From contig JASANG010003338.1 of assembly GCA_030248215.1 (NCBI GenBank), positions 372,001 to 436,000 of the forward strand: 64,000 nucleotides of DNA. Reading direction: 5' to 3'. The position numbers and the translations under genes were made by a program. This document shows, piece by piece, positions 14,175 through 25,200 of the stretch (within the stretch, counting starts at the first letter, position 1; every line of letters starts with the position of its first letter). The notes under the pieces are model-generated. The model was not told where the DNA came from, did not search any database, and worked only from the letters and a program-made list of their open reading frames with translations. The stretch comes from Enoplolaimus lenunculus. Its lineage: Eukaryota.

Positions 14175-15077
14175 CTACGCACGGTCTAAGCTGACTATCG
14201 AATAAATCATCGGAATCCGAACCCAAACTTGTGACAGCCGTAACAAGCATTCGTATTTTTCTTGATTAATTTTTTTCGCGATCATTTTAACATCAATTGA
14301 ATGCGCATGAAAATATTGATGCAACGCAACATTCAGCGAGATATTCGAAGCGTTCGAATGTGTCGTCGTGTCTATCCCCGTTTTACTTAATCCAGCATCG
14401 TTGACAGCCCCTAAACCGTGGTCTACAATTCGGATACCAGGCAATCCGGAAGCTTCTTCGACAAAAATATTAATAAATATGTCGAAACAAACGGCGTTCT
14501 CAGCGTTGCGAATAAACTGTAAAATTTCGTTCCCGAAATGATATTCGTAGCCAAGGCGGCTGTGAAAATCTTGCTCGAATGTTGTCTGCTTGAGTACCCG
14601 AGAAAGATATAAATCGCTCTCAGTGAACAATTGACGAAACCAATGACTTTGAATTAATATAAACGAATCTGGAGCGTCTGCAGACAGTAGCGAGTAGCTT
14701 ATACTTTCGTTAATACTATAATAATAAACATTACGCGATTGAAGTGATGTTTCATCAAGACGTTCGTTACGAGTCTGCTGATATTTTTGCGGTACATTCT
14801 TGGTGCTATGGCTGAGCGCTGTTGTGCCTAGGATAGCGTCAGGAAATATGGAATGCGTCTCGAGGGCGTGTCGAAATACGGCAATTAGACGTTCTAAATG
14901 CGTTGGTGTGGTTGAATCTACACAAGATAAGCCGTCGATTATGGCTATGGTTCGGTCTTCGGCAAAAAGGTGCCGCGGAATTGCGTCAAAATAATGCATT
15001 TGAGTTTGGTTTGATGCCGCAGTGTCGTCCAGTGAAGGCACGATTATGAGTTGAGCTTCGGGTATGCGTTCCAGTAA
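14175..15077 (-). CDS. EXT1: Terminal exon of the EXT1-like gene encoding a divergent GT64 (GT-A) domain
   Basis: Acceptor ttacag|TTACTG. Peptides [39 protein letters not shown] and [23 protein letters not shown] align by eye with EXT1 [39 protein letters not shown] and [23 protein letters not shown]. Confidence 0.8.
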   Translation of the reverse strand, partial: LLERIPEAQLIIVPSLDDTAASNQTQMHYFDAIPRHLFAEDRTIAIIDGLSCVDSTTPTHLERLIAVFRHALETHSIFPDAILGTTALSHSTKNVPQKYQQTRNERLDETSLQSRNVYYYSINESISYSLLSADAPDSFILIQSHWFRQLFTESDLYLSRVLKQTTFEQDFHSRLGYEYHFGNEILQFIRNAENAVCFDIFINIFVEEASGLPGIRIVDHGLGAVNDAGLSKTGIDTTTHSNASNISLNVALHQYFHAHSIDVKMIAKKINQEKYECLLRLSQVWVRIPMIYSIVSLDRA

Positions 15078-18000
15078 CTGTAATGTGTAATTTTAGGAAA
15101 CTTTTACTTGCATCCGGTTAGCGGCGGATCCAGATATTTTTGACGGGGGCGGGCTGGCAAAAGTTATGAGTACGCAACATACCTCAGCACCAATGTTTGA
15201 GGCGGAAAAATTATAATGTAAAACGGAACCTTAAGTACTATTTTTTCGTAAAAAAATTCTGACGGGGGGCGTACGCCCTCACTGTCGACTATAGATGGCA
15301 CCAGATCTCCGGATATTAAAAATATCCGGATATGTATCCGAAAATAAACGTGTATCCGAATATTCGAAATCTGTGTAAAAAAAATTTTGGAATGATTTGC
15401 TTTGTTTCACTTTTAAATTAGCTGCAGCGGACGAAAAGAAATTCTGTCTTCAAACCTGAGTTAAAATATTACACCACATTCCTGCATAATTCCATAATGA
15501 TTTAAAATCTTGTTCTTAAAACATGCAAAAATTAAATAAAACTACAGTTTAGCTTGAGGTTTATCGGAATAATGACTTCGTCTTTGAAAAAAACAAACTT
15601 AGCATATACATATACCAAGTGGCGTCGTGAGATTACATCCTGGGCGGCATTTTCAATTCTGATCGCTCTTTAATAAGACGCCAAACCTAACTGAATATGA
15701 TGCAATTAGTAAAAGGTTAGCTTAAAATCTGGCAATCTGTAAAAGGCATATTTGAATTTCCAATGACACCGAACCCATGAGTTCATAACTCTTGATTTCA
15801 AACCCTCCAAGCTACTTAAGCTATTGCTTATCGTACACCAAAACAGTCCAAAAGTACTTTACCAGCGATTCTAGCTGTCTGAATAATGAACAGCTTAGTG
15901 TAAGTTTCCTCCTATTAGGTGCGCTAAACCAGTCATCAAACGCAATAAACCAGATTTTTCAACTGTTGAAAAGACATTTTTGGTTCCGCTGTAGTCCATA
16001 AAAGATCACAAAAAGTAAAAGTGTATATTCAAGTATTAAAAAATTGAAATTGAATTGAAATATCAGGGGAGGTTATGAGGAGCCAAATCGGCATTATATA
16101 TGTTCCGACATATTAAAACTAGAGCCCGCCCTTAAGATTTGGACCAACACTACTTTAACAATGTAACAGCCAAAACATATTAAACAAAGCTTAAGCCTAA
16201 GGCCAAGCAAAAACCATAATAGTCTAAAATTTAAACTATTCTCTTTTGCGGTCAAGTGAAAAATCGGAAACTGCGGGCGGGCGTACGACATCTGGTCAGA
16301 AATGTTATTGTAATAAAATGGTGAGGTCTTTACCTTACAATTTTTTTCAACACGAAATTCTTTTGTTAAAAAATGATAAGGTCTCCCCTACCTTTCAATT
16401 TTTCCCCTCAGAAAGTTTTTCTGTAAAAAAATTATATGGTCCCTACATTTTCCCCCTCAGAAATTTTTTTGGTGAAAAATTCCGTTTCAAAACATTTACG
16501 AGCCTGACTTATATCAGAAATTTCTAGATCCGCCGCTAAGAGGGGGGCACCACTAAAATTAACATGGGCTGATGTTTGTGCGATTTAGCACAAGTATATA
16601 ATAATGTGGTTCTTTCTTCTTGGAATGTAAAGACTCATGTATATATAGATCGAGGGAAGGGTGACATTCGATAGAATCTCTGTTGCAGTGGTTTAAATCA
16701 TTCGGAGACAAACCAAAATCAACTCAATCTCAGGTGGGCAACGCAAGTATTTATTAGTCTGTAGCAGTCTTCTAAACCGAATACCCAGCACTAGTAAAGC
16801 GGTTGCATAATAAAAAACTGTTGTTAGCATTGTATGTTTTGCGCCCATAGCAACCGACTTGTGGGACAGTGTGCTTCCGCTTAGAGCCACAAGTTAAAAC
16901 AAGTGCTTGAGAAACAAAAATTGAAGTTAATCCAAAAAAACGCAAAATCGAGTTTCCGATATCCGAAATAAAAAATCTAATTTTGGATATCCGGATAAAT
17001 ATCCGGCAAGAATTGCCGGATATCTGGATATAACAAAATATCTGATGCCCATCAATTACTCTTGATCCACTAGTGAATTCGTTCCCCAACCAGCAATAGT
17101 TACTATGTAGGAGCAAAAATAATTAGAGGGCGCAAGAAAGATGTTCGTAATAAAGAATTTATTTAATGCTGCCGACCATGTTTGCAGAGGGTCAGCGCTC
17201 GTCTTCACACTCTTGTACTTGCGGCCATTGTTTACACGGTTCAATATTCAGTACGTATATTGAGAGTGGCTGCAGTGGCGGATCCAGGATCTCAAAATGG
17301 GGGGGCCAAAATTTCACAAGTAATAAACTTACTTTTGACCCACACACAAACCACGAACTATTGTCACAAAATTGCTAAGTATATAATTTTTGTCGAATGC
17401 TGTTGGGGGGCCCACGGCCGGGGTGGCCCCCATGGATCCGCCATTGAGTGGCTGTATAAGTTCGTCAAGCAAATATGATGTTATTGGTTACGCGGCACGA
17501 ACGAAATTCATCTTAATAACATTTGCGTGGGCCAGTGGTACTTTTGTAGGGCGCTAGACAAACCTTAGCGTTTTCTGAATTCGAAATCAGCATTGCGTAA
17601 GAAAAACAAGTTTAAGCGTAAGCCTAAGCGTAAATATTCAGCATAAGCCTTAAAGCCTACTTTATTGTCTTTAGGGAAAGCTGCAATCACTACATGTTTA
17701 CATAGCCATTGTTTGAGTATTGCTGTATAAAAACGCTAATACGGCAGAACAACGCATTGTGAACGGCGCCTCATATTCGAATGGCAGACCCGTAGACTCC
17801 GGTAAACCCTTTTCCACTATGGAGCCATCATTATACTTACTTTTCGTTGTAACTTTGAAACAGACGGAAAAACAGCTCCAACCTCGTCATCGTATGAATT
17901 TGAAATTTGTGATCCATTCACTTGAGGAATGACAATAACAAAAGTCGCTTTTGGATGAATTTGAATGAACGCTGCAGTTGTTCGATCTACGTTGGCGATT

Positions 18001-19122
18001 ATCTAAACACAACCATGGCGAGACACACTATAGCGCATCCAGACGGGCCGAGGCTGAGAGGTTTAAGCCCGTCCCCACGTCTGAAAGTTTTTTGTGATAA
18101 AATGATAAGGTTCCTGCCTTATAAGTTTCAAGCTCACAAAATTGGCACATATATTGCTTACATTAAAAATTGAGCTTCATAAAACGTTTGCCAGCTCGAC
18201 GCCCGTCAGAATTTCCTGGATCCGCCCTTGGCGTAAGGTCAAGGATTTTATGATTGGCTTTTGCGAAGTTAGATATTTTTTGTTTATATATCAGAACTTC
18301 GGTACGAATCCTGCAAAAATTCAGTTTGTGTTCCGTTCCTGTGCTGGTATTGAAAGACGCCGAAACCAGAATTTATAGCGATGTTTGTTGCATTTCGGTA
18401 TCAATAACTCCAACTTCAAGCAATGGGTAATTATTACGGCGGATCCTGCAATAAGGTTTTGAAATATACTATGCGATAGCTTTCAACAATATTTATATTT
18501 ATAGAAATGTGAAATTTTCTGCTGCAAAGGATTATTTATCATTTTTGCACTAAATCCTAATGCATGTGAGCAAGTCAAGATTGATGCTAACGTCTCACCA
18601 ATTGTATCGCTTGAATGCCGTCTAATCGACGCTTGCTCAACGTTATGCTAACTCTGTCTTTGCGAGTTTAACTCCAAATTTGCTCTCGTTCCAGGGTGCT
18701 CGGCTCTTACTCCAGAGGGCTCGGTTCTCTCCAGAAACCTAGGCTCTCGGTCTAGAAAACTCGGATCTCACTCCAAAGAGCTCGACTCTCATTGCAGAGA
18801 GCTCGGCTCTCGCTCCAGATACCTCGGCGCTCATTCCATGAAGCTCGGCGCTCATTCCAGGAAGCTCGGCTCTCACACTAGAAAGCTCGGCTCTCACTCT
18901 AGAGAGCTCCGCTCTCACTCCAGAGATCTTGGCTCTCACTCCAGATAGCTCGGCAACCACTAGAGAGAGCTCGACTCTCACTCCAAAGAACTCGGCGTTT
19001 ACCTCCGTCCTCATTGCTCGCGCAGAACCCAACAGTCTGGTTGTTCCAGTTATCTGCTTTAATGCCGATTGAAAAACTTCGGAGTAGAATTGCGGAAAGT
19101 GAATAATCGCCACAGGATTACG

Positions 19123-19161
<39 letters not shown>

Positions 19162-19167
19162 TTGTAG

Positions 19168-19207
<40 letters not shown>

Positions 19208-22200
19208 CGTGTCGTCGATGCAATATTTTGTTTTTGTGGAACACATGAAACTACCGGTTGATATTGTGCGAATCGTAACGCATTTATCGGATGTGAGTGT
19301 TCGCTGCATTGAGTGACTTGCATTCGCCAACGACTCATGCGACGAATCACAGTAGTGACCGATGTGGTAATAACTTTTTCGAAAGATGCAAAATGACGTC
19401 GAAATATTTCGAGACACTGAAAAGTTTCAGCCCATGTAAAGATCAGAGGCGGAACGTTTTTCTGTCGAATTGCAGTTAGAGCAAGCTTAAACTTTAGACT
19501 AATTTTTTTGCTTTATGTTTAGGTTTAGGCTAAGGTATAAGCTCTTTCATAATACGCTTAGGCTTATGTTTAGGTGTAAGCTTAGCCATATTGGCCAAAG
19601 TTTTGAAAGGATTACAATGCGACGTTGTCAACAGGGGCGTATCCAGGACTTCACACCGGGAGAGTATAATATCGCATAAAAATTTCGGTTTCGATGATGC
19701 TGAGGACGATTCTAAATTGTTTAAAAATCTTTTTCTTATTTTTCCAGAATTTTCGGGAGAAGGTATATCATCTTTATCCCTCCCCTTATATATACGCCTG
19801 ATTGTCAAAGTATTTTAACATTTTCTCACATGAATATTTCTATTTCATCTGAGATCGAGCTTTCGAGCTCGAAATTTAATGCCGAGGTTTCGGGTGGGAG
19901 TGGTGCATACTACCATCCCTTACAGGGATAAGAACTGAATGCTGGAGTTAAAGTTTCTGTAGTCTTCTCCTCGTATAAAAAATGAACGCTGCGCCATAAA
20001 TATGATACGTATAAAAGTGGGAATGCATAATATGAGCATTCAAATTGTTAAACAATGTACGCTGTGTATGTGTCGTAGGCCAATCTGATATTCAGACTAA
20101 TTACAAATTGGTCTGGGACAACGTAGTATTTTATATAATAGCAGTTTGGCCTGGGCTAAACAGCTATTGAACTTATAGACCAGTCAGGTTTGATTATTTC
20201 GACAGACACAGTATGTACCCTTAACCAATCAGCGTTTGTCTTACATCACTGTTGTTTTGTGACATTTTATCATGGCTATTTGGCCTAGGTCAAACTGCTA
20301 TTTGATTCAAAAAGCAGATTGGTCTTGGTCAACTTTTAATTGGCCTGAATAGCGGATTGGCCTGAAACATATGTACTGCACGTATTCAGTTTTCATCAAC
20401 TTGCTGTTAGCATACTCGATGGGAGCCAGGAATGGTTATAGACAGTAACTGAACATTTTTCATTTAACTCTATCACACACGATTATTTTCTATGTCGGAC
20501 TATCGTGTATGATTGTCTTTTACCATCACCATTCAGCTATAGAATTTGACACTCAACCTAGAACAGTGTATATATAACTGCTTACATTTTGTATCATTGC
20601 GCATTTTGTCATTTTTTGTTATTGACAGCAGCTAGATTGAAACTAGATGACGGATGAAATAGAAAATATTCATGTGAGAAAAAGTTTCTGGCATCAACAA
20701 TCAGGAATAGAAACTTGACGGATGAGATGGCGAACAGCGTATAACTAACTGCTTACCTTTTGTCTCATTGCGAACACTGTCATTTGTGGTATTGACCGCA
20801 GTAAATCAGGCACTTGAAAAAGTAGACGCTCGTCGGCAAATAAAATTGCACTTCGCCAATCAATGATCTCACTAAACGGAAGTTCCCATGCGTTCGACAT
20901 TACGACTGGTATGCAGCCTGAAAATATGATTTAAAACGGTGACACTTTTATCGTCTTGGACCTTATTCTACTAATGTCGAACTTTACGTACCAAATGGGA
21001 ACGCTCAAATGCAAATAATGTGGAACGTTTTAAAGTTCTCGGTTCGCTGGTTTAAAATGTGCGTGCATTTGAGAATTTGTGTTTAGATTCACAGCTTAGG
21101 CTTAGGTTTACACCCGTTGGTCACGCTAACCTTTTCTCAGTGATTCCAAAAATCGAAACGAGTCAAGCCGGCGTCCGCGTGGTACCAGACAAAACGTTGA
21201 ATTGTTCAGTAATTCGACATAATCATAGTTGTCATATGCTTTGTTATCTTCTGGACACCGTTTGTCTTGCATTTTCTGTTGTATGTAAGAAACTAAATTA
21301 ACTTTTGTAGGGAGTTTTTTAGCCAATAAAATGATTTATAAAGATTATTTCGTACGTTATTGTTAGAACTGCACGGTCGGGACGACCCCTTTTTCCGAAG
21401 TACCGCGAATATTATTGTTTTTCCCTTAATTTCTCCGAAGATATGGCCACGCCGGGAATCGAACCTCGGACGTCTCGCCCAAGAGTCAAGCGCGCAACAC
21501 ATTACACCACGCGGCCGATATGCTAATTTCCTCTGGTGCTATATGTGCACGAGTATGTATGTGCCTTAACGTTATACACTCTGCACATACACAAGCTACA
21601 CCGCATATACTCACAGTTATAAATGTCTTTATTTCATAAAATTATTGGCCCATGTTACGTTAAGGGGTGTCCAGGTTTCGGGTGGGTCTATAAAAGAGTA
21701 GGTTTAGACTGTAGATTACATTTTTTGCTTTTGCTTAGGCTTAGGCTTAGGCATAGGAATACGCTTAATCTACTGTTACACCCCTAAAAGTAACATTGGC
21801 CAAATTATTTATACAATTATCGAATTTTACGACTGATCTAGAAAATTAAATAACACGAAAATACCAGCTTCTGCTAGTAGATATATGCTGAATTGAAATA
21901 TATCACAAGTAGGGTTGCGCTAGACGTTGCTGTGCCGGACGCAGCCGCCAGGTGTCGCGCGTCGCTATGGGTTGCTAACAAAAATATACGCAAATTCTAT
22001 TTGGTGACGTATGGTAACACCCAGCGGCACGCCGCGGCAGTTCGATGGCACACGCGACGGGGCGCTGCGATTTTTAATAAATAGTTTGTACTGAACCATG
22101 CGTGAGAACATGGCGGCGTTTGGCGGCGAGCGACGAGTACAGCGCAGCCATTGAGCTTTTGAAACGTACTTACCCACCAGTTTTCACCGTGTTTGCATGT

Positions 22201-25200
22201 GACTCTTATCACACCATCGACGCCATTATGCAAATGATACATTGAGTTACGTGCCTGAAATACCAAAAAATAAACTTGTGTCCGCTTCCTAGATAGCCCA
22301 CAGGGATTTTACTTGCACTTTTTTGCACACAGTGTTGGCACTGGTGAAAAGTAGGCCCAGACGGCAAAAAATGGTGCGTCAAACTGACTCCCTCCGAAAT
22401 AAGGCTCTATGGGACTACACAAACTGAGTCAAATTTGACTGCGCCAGAGTCAAACGTGCGACTAAGTGAGTCGAATTTGACTCTGGCGGAGTCTAATTTG
22501 ACTCAATTTGTGTAGTCCTGTAGAGCCTATTTCAGAGGGAGTCAATTTGACTCACCATTTTTTGCAGTGCACAATACCTGTCGTACGAGTAAATAGGCAA
22601 ACGTTCAAAATATAATTAAAACAATTCTAACCCGAGACCCGTCTCCATGAACATAGCGTTTTCCTTTAAAGCTGTACAAATATCGTTTGTTCGGAGGCCA
22701 TTGCATATCAATTAGCGGTGTGTTGAATTCACGAGAAGCTAAAATGAAATAATTTTAAAAGTTTAATTTTTGACCAATTCTGCTATTGATTGTGTTTGGT
22801 AGACAAAGAGAACTGCTGGCCATAGGTTTCCGTGAAAACTGGGTACGGGTTTGGGGTTAAAAATCACATTCTGATAAGCCATGTCATCAGTGTACACGGC
22901 GACTTGGCTTACTACTTGTGAAAAAAATTATTATGTAAAGCATCGCGAAATATGCATTAAATATTAACTTGAGCAAAATTAGCCTAAAATATAGCCGAAG
23001 CCTTGAGCTGCCATTATCTTAATTTTTGTTTTGTTCCGGTACAGTAGCTAATTCAGGAAGCAAGGCAAGAGGACCACAAACGCTGTGGTGCCATATATAA
23101 TATAAGTGTAAGAAAACAAACGTAAATTAGCGACACGACCGACAAGCCGACTGCCATTTTAATCATTTGGGCCCATGTAAAGATCAGAGGCGGAACGTTT
23201 ATCTGTGACACTAGAATATAATATAATTTGTAAGGTATGCACCTTGGTATTTTTTGTAAAATTTTTCATTCTATATTATGCAAACAAATTTTTACATTTA
23301 AAAATAATAGGCAATTACTCGCCTGTCCCTTTAGCTGCTGCGCTACTGCTACTGTTTACCTTTTGCCGTATGTTGTTCTCCAATCAACGGAAGCGAAACA
23401 TCAAATCCGTACCGAAACAGCTTGCTCGATGTGCTTGTTTTTGCCAACATTGCAAACCCATACTCGAACGAAAGTTCAGTTTCAAAATAATGTGGCCATG
23501 TACCGGCGTACATGTTAAATATCAAATGATTTCGTCCCTGTAAAACAAAGTATATATTCCATTCACGGCTGGTCGATCCAGAACAAAACAGATGTCTCCC
23601 GTTAAAATTAATTACAACAAAATGGTAAGTTTCGCTACAAAACAATGTATAGCCACACACCGGCGTATATGGTAAATACTACTACAAAATGATTTCAACC
23701 CTTTAAAGTATTGATACAATTTATACTCTCAGGGCTGGGTCCAGAAAAAAAGCGGCTTTTTACACCCATTAGAAATTTTGTTTCCGAAAATAATGGCAAT
23801 GTCTCTTACAAACTTTTTCACTTCTGCTCCGACTACTAAAATATTGGTTTGTTTCTAGCTCACATGTAAAGTAATTTTTTTGACATTTAAAGATACTGAT
23901 TGAAAAAAAATTGTCAAATTAATGCTTGCTCAATGAATATCCTCAATTTCATCACATACGTATTATTTTATGATAGGATTGGGATGGATCTCAGTCTCAC
24001 GTTCGAAAAGCGTTTACGATGACCGCTCATCTATTTTAGCTTGACGCTCGAACCCGTGACGACTCTCACGACTTGTGAATATTTTACACAGAGCATGTGT
24101 ATTCCAATGGTTGAACCCTGCTCGCACAGTGTCTGTATTGCTCGGTATATTATTTGTGTTTCGTTGCTCATGCACCACTATAAGTGAAAGGGTTTTTGTG
24201 CACATTTTGAGATTTACCGCAGCGGAAGTTTGTTTGATTGAAAATCAATCATTTACCGACAATATAGGGGCTGCACACAGTTGTAACAATACAGTCTTTA
24301 AGCACATAATACCTGATCCCATATATGTTGATTTAACAAACCAATTTTTTCGTTAATATTTTTCAAAAAATTAACACTTCGAATGTCACGATCAAGCGTA
24401 TCAATTGAGAGAACTTTTAAGCATGCAATATTCGGATTATCGGTGTAAAACGGCAAATCACGCAGTACATTAAGAAGACGATCGTATGCCTAAACAAACT
24501 ATTACCCTTCGATAATTGCTATTTATACAGCAGATAGGTTAGAGTGTACCACTTTGATATTGGCAGTGGCGGCGGAAGCGTCCTCAAACGCCCAAATATC
24601 AAATTAACAGTAGTATAGGGGAACGTAAAACCAAGGGCGGATCCAGGCGGGGGGATGGGGGATGCATCCCGCACCGGCTGCCGAGTGTAAGTGTTTTAGG
24701 GTTAAAATCAAACTTACAGTGCAAACTTGGTTCCGATATCTCAAAATTTCACAGTTGTTTAGGGGTTTCGCCCCGAAACTCAGCGGAGTTCCCACACCTG
24801 TCTGCTCAGGCACTGGGAGCAAGGTTCTGAAGCCCTGCATCCGTCTGCTTACTGACTTTCTAGCCACTGTGCGAACCTAAGCCTATATTTTAACTTTAGC
24901 CTAAAGCGCAGGCTCAAGCTTAAGATAACACCTTAGTCTAAACCTAAACTTCTGAATATCCTAAGCTTTTGAGAAATTGGGATAACACCCGGGAAATTAG
25001 GATTTTGGTAATCGGGATATTACTCAGGAAATTGGAAGGGACCTGTTGTATGCATGGGCCAGTGTGTGTGTTACTTGTGGCTGTTTTTATATGCGTAAAA
25101 ATATGTATGAACATGTGCCAAAATTTAACATTTTCCACTTATGCATCCCGCCCACCAGAAATTTCTGGATCCGCCACTGCGTAAAACAAGGCTCTGATTG

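Noticed and set aside
19925..20010. Possible EXT1 exon VSYLWRSVH behind an AC acceptor (U12-type intron)
   Set aside because: No U12 donor was found, and the canonical exon at 19416 supplies the homologous block in the correct phase.
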